From: Candidatus Heimdallarchaeota archaeon
GTDB taxonomy: Archaea > Asgardarchaeota > Heimdallarchaeia > JABLTI01
Assembly: GCA_019058275.1 (NCBI GenBank)
Contig: JAHLVW010000033.1
Location: 1-38,677 of the forward strand
Reading direction: 5' to 3'
DNA length: 38,677 nt
Below, piece after piece: positions 1 to 10,030 of this stretch. The position numbers and the translations under genes are program-made. Positions within the stretch are counted from its first letter, which is position 1, and each line of letters starts with the position of its first letter. The notes under the pieces are model-generated. The model saw only the letters and a program-made list of their open reading frames with translations. It made no database searches and was not told the DNA's origin.

Positions 1-1
1 A

Positions 2-370
2 GTGAGATCTACACTACAGCAACAAATGGTTGTAGGTATAAAACAAATCGAAGAGGAACTTGATGAGTTCTTTGAAGAGAAGAAAGAAGAATTAGAAGAA
101 GAGGAAATCATCAAGGAAGAATTGGATGCAGTTGAAGAAACTGTCATAGATGAAGACGAAGTAACTGAAGAGATAATTGAAGAAATCACTGAAATACAAG
201 CTGAAGTTGCTGAATCTGAAGAAGATTTCGAAATTCCAGATATACCTCTTGATGTCGTAAAGGAAGAAGATGAGACACCAGAGAAAATTGAAGAAGATTT
301 TGATATCCCAGATATTCCGATTGAAACTTTAGAAGAATATGAAAAAGAAGAAAAGTCTGAAGATAATTGA
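2..370 (+). CDS. C-terminal fragment of a protein with a very acidic, low-complexity tail (5' end outside window)
   Basis: Frame open from window edge to TGA at 368-370; E/D-rich; repeated EDF(E/D)IPDIP motif. Confidence 0.75.
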   Translation: MRSTLQQQMVVGIKQIEEELDEFFEEKKEELEEEEIIKEELDAVEETVIDEDEVTEEIIEEITEIQAEVAESEEDFEIPDIPLDVVKEEDETPEKIEEDFDIPDIPIETLEEYEKEEKSEDN

Positions 371-373
371 CAT

Positions 374-1303
374 TCAGCTTTTCACTTTCTTTTCTTTCCT
401 TTTTTTGAAGAACTTTTTCCATCTTTCTATAACGCTTTTGGTTTTTAGTTCTGTTTCAATTTGTTGTATTCTATTTAGAAATTCCAAATTGAATTGCTGC
501 TCCTTTGTGAAGAATTGCATAGTAAAGAAGTAATTTGTAATTATACTGGAGGAAAATGCAGCTAACAGTAACATGAGGAAAATCACAATTTGGTAGATAG
601 CAGCTACAATTGGTGGTATTCCTCCTATTATCATACCAGCCATTAATCCAGGTATTGTTACAATCCCCAAAACTGCAACTCTATTGATAGTAGGAGTTAA
701 ACCTGCTCTATAACAATCACGAAGAATGAATCTAATAGCATTTGTTGGGCTGTCTCCAAGCATGAGTGCAGCTTCAATGGTTCCTTGCATTTTCATAATA
801 TCAGATTTGACTCGTTCTAAAGCAATGCCAGTGATTCTCATAGCAAAAGCTATCACCATGCTTCCCATTGGAATAATATATTCACCAGTCATTTCTGGTA
901 TAATGCCCTCAAAAAACTCAAAGGAACCTGAGTAAATTGCAAAGGTCATAATTGCTATACTTGTTGATGTAATTGCAAATAAGTTTATGAGAAATACCTT
1001 CGGATAAGGGTAGCTTTGATAATTGGTAAACGCTGCAAATAAACACATAAATAGTAATACAAGATATAACACCCAAATCTTTTCTAACGCAAATAATGCA
1101 TCGAGGATAAGGCCAAAAAGAATAACCTGTATCATACCACGGAAAAAGCTCCACAGTAATTTTGTTTCGAGATTAGTTCTTTGCCAGAACGATAATGCTA
1201 CTAATATTAGTAGGAATATAGCCGATAATCCTATTCTAATCCAAATATTAATGTCTTTTAATGAATCCCATGCTTCAAGTATAATGTCTGGAACCACTTT
1301 CAT
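374..1303 (-). CDS. fetB: ABC transporter permease, FetB/YbbM/STAR2 (UPF0014) family
   Basis: Multiple TM segments; IIPMGSMVI, LTPTIN..AVLGIVTIPGLMAGMIIGG..PIVAAIYQIVI family motifs; ATGA overlap with upstream ATPase. Confidence 0.85.
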   Translation of the reverse strand: MKVVPDIILEAWDSLKDINIWIRIGLSAIFLLILVALSFWQRTNLETKLLWSFFRGMIQVILFGLILDALFALEKIWVLYLVLLFMCLFAAFTNYQSYPYPKVFLINLFAITSTSIAIMTFAIYSGSFEFFEGIIPEMTGEYIIPMGSMVIAFAMRITGIALERVKSDIMKMQGTIEAALMLGDSPTNAIRFILRDCYRAGLTPTINRVAVLGIVTIPGLMAGMIIGGIPPIVAAIYQIVIFLMLLLAAFSSSIITNYFFTMQFFTKEQQFNLEFLNRIQQIETELKTKSVIERWKKFFKKRKEKKVKS

Positions 1304-2034
1304 TCCTCCTTCTGTTTGAAAAATGTTCTAATTTCTTCATCATTATATAAGCTGAAGAATTCCTTAGTTGTTGTTTTCTCTACTAATTGTCCATCTTTCA
1401 GAAATAGCAGTTCATCCACCAAACGCTTTGTTTGCTCAAGTGAATGAGTTACAACAACAACCTTAACACCTTCTTTGGCTAATTGCTTCAACGTATTTTC
1501 AATGATCTCTTCTGAAACAATATCCAATGCACTTGTTGGTTCATCTAGAAGTATAGCACAAGGTTCATTAGCCAAAGTTCGGGCTAAACTTACACGTTGT
1601 TGTTCACCACCAGATAAACCATCAATATTTCTGTCCAAGAAATCAGCATCTAAAGCTACTCGTTTAAGAAGTTGTAATAATTTGTCATCAGAGTACTCAA
1701 TGTTCCAAATGCGTGGTCCATATAGCAAGTTGTGCTGAACATCACCTGCAAAAAGATAAGGGCGTTGCTGAACCATGCCAATTTGCTTACGTAGTTCAGA
1801 GGAAGAGATATCAGTTATATTATTTCCATTGAAGGTTACAGTACCTACAGTAGGTGAGATTAACTTGTTTAACAATCTTAGTAGTGTACTTTTTCCTGAA
1901 CCTGAAGGTCCAATAATCCCAGTTATCCCTGAATTATCAAGTTTGAAAGAGATATTAGTTAAAATTTGATTATCCCCAATTACAAATGAAACATCGTCCA
2001 TTGAGAAAATACATTCACTAGTTGTTTCGCTCAT
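1300..2034 (-). CDS. fetA: ABC transporter ATP-binding subunit, FetA/YbbL/STAR1-like
   Basis: Walker A GPSGSGKS, signature LSGGEQQR, Walker B LLDEPTSALD, H-loop VTHS; coupled to FetB-like permease. Confidence 0.85.
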   Translation of the reverse strand: MSETTSECIFSMDDVSFVIGDNQILTNISFKLDNSGITGIIGPSGSGKSTLLRLLNKLISPTVGTVTFNGNNITDISSSELRKQIGMVQQRPYLFAGDVQHNLLYGPRIWNIEYSDDKLLQLLKRVALDADFLDRNIDGLSGGEQQRVSLARTLANEPCAILLDEPTSALDIVSEEIIENTLKQLAKEGVKVVVVTHSLEQTKRLVDELLFLKDGQLVEKTTTKEFFSLYNDEEIRTFFKQKEE

Positions 2035-2238
2035 AAATTACAATTTAGTATGATTGATGGATTTTAATTTTTCCTAACAAAGGAATAAGAATAAGGTTAG
2101 GATTATGGCTTGAAGTCAGTGTGGAAGCCTTTATTGACACTACGCTACTTATTATCAGATATTTTGCTCATATTGAGATAATCTATCCAAATGTTTGTTT
2201 TTTACTGAAGGATCAACAGAAGGTTAAGAAAATCATTG

Positions 2239-3501
2239 CTAAGTTACTATTTTTGATAGTTGTCCAATTTTAAATGCACGAATAATTTCAATCATTGGTA
2301 AATCAATTGGAGAGGTTATTTGTTTAACGCCTTTAGGCAGATATTTTTGATACTTCAAAGTTAAACTATTCATTTGAGGACTTGCTGCTACTGCTGGATC
2401 ACCTGGAACTCTCATACTAATATCAAATACAACCCAATCAGGTTGATTGTTCTTTGGATTAATTGGTACTGCACCTTGCAAACCAAATAAACCAATCATT
2501 CCAGGAGGATATAGTTTTTCGACAGTTTTCAAAAACTTGGGTATTGATCCTACTACTTCATTCATTTTTGATTCACGCATAGTTGCCATTGTATGACCAA
2601 TTTCCTCATTTTTAATCTTAATTTTATCACCAATTTGCTGTTGGATTTTCGCTGGCAAGTTTAGAAAGCCACTGCTATTTGTTTGCATTCTTTGTCCAAA
2701 GCCTACAAAATCCCAATCTACAATTGGCTTTTCAAATGGATCATGTTTATGTTTCAACCAATTAATGCCATCAGTTAATTTGTAACCTTTTGCTTTTCCC
2801 TTATTCAAACCAGATGCCCATCCATTACAGTTAAAATAAGGACCTATTATGAATTCTTCAATTCGTGCTTCAGCCATAGTTTGGTCATTGATAAGACCTT
2901 TTGCTTTCATAGTCTCAACTTGTTCATGATAATCTTCTTCTGATGTTATGTAAAAGAAAGCTCTCTCGAGAGGATTTTCAGCTTGTTGAACCTTCACTAA
3001 TGCAACAGGAACTTCTTTATCAATTCCAATGATATCTAACTTATCTTTACTAATTTCTCTTGGTGATCTAATACCAGAGCGCTTCAAGATTCCATATTGA
3101 TCGATGTATTCCTTTTCATTTGTTGTTCTATCTTCACTCTTAAGCAAGGCTCTGTTGCCATAAATGGGGATTCTTAACTCATTTTCAATTTTATCTGCAG
3201 TAAGATAAACGACAAGCGATCGATTTGGAATTAAAATACCATTTTTCTCTTGAAGTTCATTTTGTATTGAATCAAATAACATTTGATCCCATTCATCTAC
3301 AACAATTGTCTCATCAAAGAGATGACTTTGTTCTTCAAGATACTGTCTTTCTCTACCCTTCTTAACAACAACAATATTTCTCAAATCCATTCTCTTGGAA
3401 GAAAGTCCAGTCTCTATTGCTGAATGACTTCCGAAAATAACAATTGTCGGTTTTTCTTTATACTCAGATACTAGCTGTTGCATTTCTTCTCTTTTTATCA
3501 T
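2239..3501 (-). CDS. purP: PurP-family ATP-grasp protein (FAICAR synthetase-like; DUF1246/DUF1297), paralog 1
   Basis: FGSHSA, IPNRSLVVY, LERAFF, RMQTN, EEIGH, RES, GLFGLQG, FDISMRVPG motifs. Confidence 0.85.
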   Translation of the reverse strand: MIKREEMQQLVSEYKEKPTIVIFGSHSAIETGLSSKRMDLRNIVVVKKGRERQYLEEQSHLFDETIVVDEWDQMLFDSIQNELQEKNGILIPNRSLVVYLTADKIENELRIPIYGNRALLKSEDRTTNEKEYIDQYGILKRSGIRSPREISKDKLDIIGIDKEVPVALVKVQQAENPLERAFFYITSEEDYHEQVETMKAKGLINDQTMAEARIEEFIIGPYFNCNGWASGLNKGKAKGYKLTDGINWLKHKHDPFEKPIVDWDFVGFGQRMQTNSSGFLNLPAKIQQQIGDKIKIKNEEIGHTMATMRESKMNEVVGSIPKFLKTVEKLYPPGMIGLFGLQGAVPINPKNNQPDWVVFDISMRVPGDPAVAASPQMNSLTLKYQKYLPKGVKQITSPIDLPMIEIIRAFKIGQLSKIVT

Positions 3502-3505
3502 GATA

Positions 3506-4513
3506 TTATATCTCCTCTAATTTTGGAGAGTCAACAGTAATGTCATCTAATTTCTTTTGTTCAAATGCTTGCTTTATTTCCCTAGCAATGCGTTTGCCCA
3601 TATACATCGGTTCTCCCCATAAAGCATTTGCGTAAGTGTTTCCGTATGGTACCCAAACTGTTGTTCCGGCAACAATCCTTCCTGAAAACTCAAATGCATA
3701 TATTTTTGGTTCTGTTGTTATGATAGTTTCTATACAAAATGGTCCTACTAAACCAGTTTGTTCAACGAAATTTTTACCCATTCTATGGTATTCAGGAACT
3801 AATGATTCTCTAACAACAATAGGAACATTTCCAACAACAGTAAAAGAAGGATCTTCAAAGGATGCAAGATATTGGGAATTAGCATTAGATTCAAGTCTTC
3901 TATCAAAACCTAACAATTCACAGCGATTCTCTAAAGGTGAACTGAAATAATGAGCATAAATAGATACACCACTTATGTATTCTTGAATAAAATCAACTTT
4001 CTTTTCTTTACTTTTCTTTTTATAATCATCTCTATCAAAAGCTATGAAATATCCTTTTCCTCCCTCTGCTCCATGTAGTTTTACCATTACAGGTCGATCT
4101 ATTTCATTAACATCGGAAAAAACTTTTGGAGTATTTATACCAGACGCTGCAAGTAAGCTAGCATTTTTGTTTCTATCTCCCTCATAGGCAAGAATTTTCA
4201 CACCGCCAAAAATGGGATGCTTTAATTGCTTTAATTCATCTACTGAGAGGTAGCGAACAAACGAACCATGTGGGACTATAACTGCTTGTTCATCTATGGA
4301 ATTGAATGCTTTAATGGTTGCTTTTGTATCCTTGTAATCTTTAACACGAATTACATTGATTTTCTCTAAGAAATCTGGATATTGTGACCAAAGTTCCCAG
4401 TCTCTATCAAAGCAAATTGTATAAACTTCTAATCCTTCTTCTACAGCACCAGGGATGATATTATAAAAGGATGAATGTGAACTTGTAGTTGCTAGACTAG
4501 CTTTCGAAGCCAT
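3506..4513 (-). CDS. purP: PurP-family ATP-grasp protein, paralog 2
   Basis: SSHSS, VPHGSFVRY, VKLHGAEGGKGYF, DRRLESN, GNVPIVVRESL, GPFCIE, FEFSGRIVAGT motifs. Confidence 0.88.
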   Translation of the reverse strand: MASKASLATTSSHSSFYNIIPGAVEEGLEVYTICFDRDWELWSQYPDFLEKINVIRVKDYKDTKATIKAFNSIDEQAVIVPHGSFVRYLSVDELKQLKHPIFGGVKILAYEGDRNKNASLLAASGINTPKVFSDVNEIDRPVMVKLHGAEGGKGYFIAFDRDDYKKKSKEKKVDFIQEYISGVSIYAHYFSSPLENRCELLGFDRRLESNANSQYLASFEDPSFTVVGNVPIVVRESLVPEYHRMGKNFVEQTGLVGPFCIETIITTEPKIYAFEFSGRIVAGTTVWVPYGNTYANALWGEPMYMGKRIAREIKQAFEQKKLDDITVDSPKLEEI

Positions 4514-4763
4514 AATCTCACATCTTAAAGGAATATGATTTGACAGAGAATGAAGTTCCTATAAAAGATTATTGAAGGAATCATATATCATACGTTTGAA
4601 ACGAAGAATTCTACCATTAAAAAAAAATATGTAGATAAAAAGAAAATCTTAGTTTTATTAACATCAAAAAAGTAAGGTAAATTTTTTATGCAATAACTTT
4701 TTGTATAACATAAAATTCAAGTTTGAATGGTATCATCTAAACATAAAGCAACTGGTGGATAAA

Positions 4764-5429
4764 ATGAGAATTGGTGGATTTCTTAGAAAACGAGCTGAAG
4801 ATGACATACAATACAAGATGACAGAGCATTTGTCAAGAGTTCAAATTGCTACAAAAGCTCTAATGAGAGCAATAAAAGCATGGAGAAAGCACAATTTTGT
4901 TGAGCTAGATAAAGAGGTGGGCATAATAAGTGCTGAAGAGAATGCTGCTGATAGATTACTAGCTGAAATGTGGCTAGAATTAACAAAGGGAACTTTAAAA
5001 ACAAAACTAAGGTCAAATATTTTAACCTTTATAAAACGAGCTGATGAAGTTGCTAATCATACAAAAAGAGCTAGTCAGAATTTTCTAATTTTACATGACT
5101 TAGAACTTCCAGATCATATTTTTGATAAAATTGAGAAAGCAATAGAATTAATCCAACTAGCAACTGAGAAATTAGTTGAAGCATTAGCAATATATCGAAA
5201 AGATATACAACGCACTGTAGATATCACAACCGAAATTAGTTTCTTAGAACATCAAGTAGATGGTTTATATTCTAGATTAAAAAATCATTATTTCGATTAT
5301 CAAAAATTCTCTGACAATTTTGGGGGTTTAGTAATATTTGATCATGCAATGCGAGATTTAGAAAAAGCTGCAAATGCGGTTGAAGATGCTTCTGATGTTT
5401 TGAGATCAATTGTCATAAGTGAAGTATAG
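4764..5429 (+). CDS. DUF47/TIGR00153 PhoU-like phosphate transport regulator (Pit accessory protein)
   Basis: ExxxD pairs (EENAAD, EHQVD, EDASD) in a helical-bundle sequence; directly upstream of PiT; ATG 4764 preceded by GGTGGA. Confidence 0.85.
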   Translation: MRIGGFLRKRAEDDIQYKMTEHLSRVQIATKALMRAIKAWRKHNFVELDKEVGIISAEENAADRLLAEMWLELTKGTLKTKLRSNILTFIKRADEVANHTKRASQNFLILHDLELPDHIFDKIEKAIELIQLATEKLVEALAIYRKDIQRTVDITTEISFLEHQVDGLYSRLKNHYFDYQKFSDNFGGLVIFDHAMRDLEKAANAVEDASDVLRSIVISEV

Positions 5430-5479
5430 AATAGTGGAATCCCAAAAATATACTATAATACACAAAAGAGATGCTATAA

Positions 5480-6466
5480 ATGGTTGATGTCTTACTAATC
5501 GTTATAGTGATAATTTCATTATTGCTAGCATTTGCAATAGGAGCGAATGATGAAACCTTCGCATCTGTCATAGGAGTAAAACGGCTTTCTGTAAGAACTG
5601 CAGTTTTGATGGGAGCAGTAATAGCTGTAATTGGTGGATTTTTACTATCAGAAAATGTTGGTAAAACACTACGTGAAGATATTTCTCCTGATCTACATAT
5701 GCAGGATGATCCAATCCTAATATCAATTTATGTAGCAATGGCAATAAGTTTAATTCTTGCTTCAGTTTTTGGTCTTCCGATTTCATCCACCGAATCTTTA
5801 GTTGGAGCAATTATTGGTTTATCTTTTGCACAAGGCAAAAAAGTTGTTTGGGGTTGGAGTGGTATGGGTAAGGTATTAACAACATGGCTTATTTCTCCAC
5901 TAATTGGGTTCACAATTTCATTCTTAATCATGAAATTAGTGAATTATATCTTGAGTAAAAATGTTACAAGTTTTAGAAAACATGAACGAGCGAACAATCT
6001 ATTTGGCTATCTATTACTAGCAATGGTTGTTTGGACTGGTTTATCACGAGCGGGTAATGATATTAACAATGCAATAGCTCCAATTGTTCCTCTATTTGAA
6101 GCTGGAGGTTATTGGTATCAAAGATTACCTTTGGTTATTGGAGGACTTGGACTTGGTGCAGGTTTGATAATTATTGGATGGAGAGTATTGAAAACTTTAG
6201 GCAGCGAAGTTGTGGAATTGACACCAGAATCAGCTTTTGTTACTGAAGGTTCAACAGCAATTATTGTGTTTACTGCGGTATTTATAGGAATACCTGTCTC
6301 TGGTACAATGGTTCTAGTTTCATGTTTTATTGGAGCTGGTGTTGGAATGAAAAAACCTCTCAATCTAAAAACGCTGAGGATGATAGCACTATTCGTTTTA
6401 CTAACACCTGTAATAGCTGGTGCATGTGCAGTAGGCTGTTATTATGCAATAAAGGGGCTGGTCTAA
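5480..6466 (+). CDS. pitA: Inorganic phosphate transporter, PiT/PHO4 family
   Basis: GAND signature, GLPISST, GNDINNA, GIPVSGT repeats; highly hydrophobic. Confidence 0.92.
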   Translation: MVDVLLIVIVIISLLLAFAIGANDETFASVIGVKRLSVRTAVLMGAVIAVIGGFLLSENVGKTLREDISPDLHMQDDPILISIYVAMAISLILASVFGLPISSTESLVGAIIGLSFAQGKKVVWGWSGMGKVLTTWLISPLIGFTISFLIMKLVNYILSKNVTSFRKHERANNLFGYLLLAMVVWTGLSRAGNDINNAIAPIVPLFEAGGYWYQRLPLVIGGLGLGAGLIIIGWRVLKTLGSEVVELTPESAFVTEGSTAIIVFTAVFIGIPVSGTMVLVSCFIGAGVGMKKPLNLKTLRMIALFVLLTPVIAGACAVGCYYAIKGLV

Positions 6467-6468
6467 AA

Positions 6469-7908
6469 ATGTTTAAGCGAATGTCAGGATTTAAATCAAT
6501 CCAAAGAAGAATAGAAGAAAAACTAATCCAACTTTCATTTATTCCTTGCAAATATTTCGAAGCTCTTTATATCGAATGTAGTACCAAAATAACTTGCCAT
6601 ACTTGTGATATATGTGAAGTGGACGAAAAAACGATCCGTGGCGAACTACTTGAACTTATGAAAGCTGGTGAAGTTGATACAAAAATCGAATTGGAAAAAT
6701 TCCAATTATTTGAAAGAATAAACAGTGTGTCTACAAAAAGTAAAGAAATTCGCATCTTAATGAATGAACATGTAGATGAAATAAGCAAAGGCGCTTACGA
6801 CAAATTAGTTGTTATTCTAAAAGATGTATCTATTGCAGGGAAGTTGATGCATCAAGCTATAAAATCCTTATATGAAAATTATAATTTTGCATTAGATAGA
6901 GTAGAGGAATTAAAGTCAAAATGCAATGAGATTATTGCGAGTTTGTTTTCATTCAAGTTTTGTAATGAGTTAGGAGAATTTGATTACTCATTTGAAGATC
7001 CCGAAGTTCTAATTGGAAACTCATTAAGAGGTACGCTTCAAGATGTTATCAATGTTGGAGCCAAAATTATTCACATAATCAAAATCTTCAGCTATAATCA
7101 TCGAGATTTAATCATAGATGAAGAGGAAGAAGACGCAGATAAAAAATTGCAGATAATTCCTGGCGCAGAACCTTTTCATTTGAAGGCTGATGGTCCCAAG
7201 GTGCTGTTAATTCATGGTTTTACTGCATCACCAACCGAATTATACCCTATTGGTAAATATCTTAACTCAAAAGGATATGATGTGTATTCTGTTCTCTTAG
7301 CTGGACATGGTACATCTCCTGAAGATCTTCAAACAAAGAAGTGGTCTGATTGGTGGAAATCAGTTCGGAAAATGTTCAAAAAAACTGCTGATTTCGACTA
7401 TGTGATAGGTTTCTCAATGGGAGCTTTACTAGCTGCTCGAGCTGCTGTTGTCTATAAGAATCAATTAAAGGGTTTAGTATTAATCTCTACATTTCTTAAG
7501 ATTAAACCACCTATCATTTCAAAATTAGCTTTTACATTTCCTATTGTGAAATACTTCAAACCATTCATCTCTAAAAGCCCCGAAACTGAACAATTCTTCA
7601 AAGATAACAATTTGATTAGCTACATGAAATACCCTGTGAGTGCAGTTCATGAATCTATTAAATTAATTAGATTTACTAAGAGAAAAGTTCTTCCAAAAAT
7701 TACAATTCCTACTCTAATTATTCAAGGAGAAAAAGATGACAGAGTAGATCCAGAAAATTACAAAACTATTCTAGATCTGATACCAGCAGAAAGAACTGAA
7801 TTGCAATTGCTTCCAAACTCAAAACATATTGTAACAGTTGATGTAGACATTGAAATATTGTTTGAATCATTATCAAATTTCCTAGTTGCAACTGCTGAAA
7901 AAGACTAA
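6469..7908 (+). CDS. Fusion of a degenerate DUF47/PhoU-like helical domain and an alpha/beta hydrolase (carboxylesterase/monoacylglycerol-lipase-like)
   Basis: Likely ATG 6469, 2 nt after the pit stop; C-terminal half has LLIHGFTASP, nucleophile GFSMG, QGEKDDRV, SKH; N-terminal half helical; acidic linker IIDEEEEDADKK. Confidence 0.8.
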   Translation: MFKRMSGFKSIQRRIEEKLIQLSFIPCKYFEALYIECSTKITCHTCDICEVDEKTIRGELLELMKAGEVDTKIELEKFQLFERINSVSTKSKEIRILMNEHVDEISKGAYDKLVVILKDVSIAGKLMHQAIKSLYENYNFALDRVEELKSKCNEIIASLFSFKFCNELGEFDYSFEDPEVLIGNSLRGTLQDVINVGAKIIHIIKIFSYNHRDLIIDEEEEDADKKLQIIPGAEPFHLKADGPKVLLIHGFTASPTELYPIGKYLNSKGYDVYSVLLAGHGTSPEDLQTKKWSDWWKSVRKMFKKTADFDYVIGFSMGALLAARAAVVYKNQLKGLVLISTFLKIKPPIISKLAFTFPIVKYFKPFISKSPETEQFFKDNNLISYMKYPVSAVHESIKLIRFTKRKVLPKITIPTLIIQGEKDDRVDPENYKTILDLIPAERTELQLLPNSKHIVTVDVDIEILFESLSNFLVATAEKD

Positions 7909-8014
7909 GAATGATTTCCTCATTGAATTATTAGAAAAACTTAAGATGATGCATAATTCAGTTGACTTGAGCATTTGAGAAATCAAACTTAATTTAGATG
8001 CTGAGGACTATAAT

Positions 8015-9154
8015 TTGAGTAAAAAAGTTACAACTAATGCTGATTCAGAGGTTGATGTAGAACCAGAGGTGATATATTTGGATGAAAAAGGTGCAACTTA
8101 TTCAGAATCGGGTGTCGATATATCTGAAGAAGGTGAAGTAATAGAAGAAATTTGGAAATTGCTTCCAAAAACATTTAACTTGAATCCAAATGCGAAATTT
8201 TTACCTGCCATGTCTCATTATGGCGGTATTGTTGATATTGGAATGCCTAATAAATATCTTGTTGTAACTGTTGATGGTGTTGGTTCGAAAGTATTGATTG
8301 CTGAGATGTTGAATAAATTCGATACAGTCGGTATTGATTGCATTGCTATGAATGTTAACGATTTGATTTGTGTAGGTGCAGAACCCATTGTTTTTGTTGA
8401 TTATTTCGCAATAGAACGACCTGATAAACAAATGGCAAATCAAATTGCTAAAGGTATGGTTGCTGGTGCTATTCAATCTAAAATGGCTATCATAGGTGGT
8501 GAAACAGCAACACTCCCGGATATTATTAAAGGTCATGATGGTAAGGGGTTTGATTTAGCTGGCGTAGCAATAGGACTCGTAGAAAAGGAGAAACTTGTTT
8601 TAGGTGAAAAGATTAAACCTGGAGATATAATCTATGGTATTGAAAGTAATGGATTACATTCCAATGGTTATTCTTTAGCTAGAAGTGTTCTCTTAGAGAA
8701 TCATACTGTTAATGATGAAATCGAAGGTCTTCATATTGGTAAAGAGCTACTAAAACCAACCTTAATCTATGTTCAAGAAGTTCTCGAGATGATAAAAGAA
8801 GCTAAGATCCATGGCTTAGCAAATATTACTGGTGGCTCTTTTCTAAAATTGGGACGATTGCTTAGACAAGCAAAAACAACTGTTGGTGTAAAACTAAATT
8901 CCATGCCTGATCCATTACCAATCTTTAAACTAATTCAGAAACTAGGAAATGTTTCAACTAAAGAAATGTATAAGACATTTAACATGGGAATAGGTTTCTG
9001 TGTTATTGCTCCTAAATCTGAAGGCGAAAAGATATCAAAGATTTGTTCTAAATATGGAAAGAAAGTTTACAAAATCGGTTCAATATTAGATGAGAAGAAG
9101 ATTATTTTGGAGATTCAATCAGAAATCATTGAATATCATGCTGATAAGTATTAA
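8015..9154 (+). CDS. purM: Phosphoribosylformylglycinamidine cyclo-ligase (AIR synthetase)
   Basis: TYSESGVD, DGVGSK, DCIAMNVND, GGETATLP, SNGLHSNGYSLAR, ITGG, TFNMGIG. Confidence 0.96.
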   Translation: MSKKVTTNADSEVDVEPEVIYLDEKGATYSESGVDISEEGEVIEEIWKLLPKTFNLNPNAKFLPAMSHYGGIVDIGMPNKYLVVTVDGVGSKVLIAEMLNKFDTVGIDCIAMNVNDLICVGAEPIVFVDYFAIERPDKQMANQIAKGMVAGAIQSKMAIIGGETATLPDIIKGHDGKGFDLAGVAIGLVEKEKLVLGEKIKPGDIIYGIESNGLHSNGYSLARSVLLENHTVNDEIEGLHIGKELLKPTLIYVQEVLEMIKEAKIHGLANITGGSFLKLGRLLRQAKTTVGVKLNSMPDPLPIFKLIQKLGNVSTKEMYKTFNMGIGFCVIAPKSEGEKISKICSKYGKKVYKIGSILDEKKIILEIQSEIIEYHADKY

Positions 9155-9906
9155 TCAGATGTTGTAAGTAATTTATTCAAATCATCTTTTCCTATTTTTC
9201 CTTTATGAAATGCAGTTGCTACTAGTGCCCCAGAAACACCATATTCATGCAATTCATTAAGATCATCAATATTTCTTACTCCTCCACCAGCAAAGATTGG
9301 TACTTCTATTACCTTCTTAGTAATCTCCAACAATGATTGATTTAATGGTCCAGCTTGACTCCCAACTTTGTGAAGTTCAATAACAATTATTCCTTTTAAG
9401 CAAAGTTCTTCTGCATATTTAGCTATCTCAACAGGATGTAATTTTCTTATATTAGAATTATTAGCTAATAGTTTTCCAGATTTTATATCAATACTTAGCA
9501 TTATTTTATCTGGACCAAAGTGGTTTACTGCCTCAGATAGAATTTCTAATGAATCTAATGTTTCTGTTCCCATTACTATCTGATTTACATTCCATTCTGC
9601 TATTTCTCTTACATCCTCTGTTGTTTTACATCCAGCGTCAAGAGAAATATTATATTGTTGTGATTTTGCTAGATTAACAAGCTTTTCTCTATTAATGTTC
9701 TTGTTTTTTGTAGATTGTATCCTATCTAGATCAGCAATGTAAAACCAATTTAATCCTATTTTTTCTTGAAAAGCTCTAGCAACTTCATAAAGTTCAGCAC
9801 TCGAGGTAACAACAGAATTGCTTATTGGTTGGTATTCATTTCTACGACCACCTATACCTTGCACTACCTTTCCATTCAGCAAATCCATAACTGGTATAAC
9901 ATTCAT
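9151..9906 (-). CDS. HisA/HisF-related TIM-barrel protein (TIGR00734-like, C1/methanopterin-linked subfamily)
   Basis: VIPVMDLLNGKVVQGIGGRRNEYQPI, YIADLDRI, GTETL, SIDIK, AGGGVRN; convergent with purM. Confidence 0.8.
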   Translation of the reverse strand: MNVIPVMDLLNGKVVQGIGGRRNEYQPISNSVVTSSAELYEVARAFQEKIGLNWFYIADLDRIQSTKNKNINREKLVNLAKSQQYNISLDAGCKTTEDVREIAEWNVNQIVMGTETLDSLEILSEAVNHFGPDKIMLSIDIKSGKLLANNSNIRKLHPVEIAKYAEELCLKGIIVIELHKVGSQAGPLNQSLLEITKKVIEVPIFAGGGVRNIDDLNELHEYGVSGALVATAFHKGKIGKDDLNKLLTTSD

Positions 9907-10030
9907 AGCTTATAACAAAAAACCTTGGTTAATAATTTTCTCTTTTCTAGAAAAAGTCTTTATTAATGATAATGATTAGAAAATACTACATCGTTTATTA
10001 TCTAATAATCGCTGGAGAAATCAGTAAACT

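Noticed and set aside
6322-6468. Extended start of the esterase fusion
   Set aside because: Overlaps pit by 145 nt; ATG 6469 directly after the pit stop is more plausible
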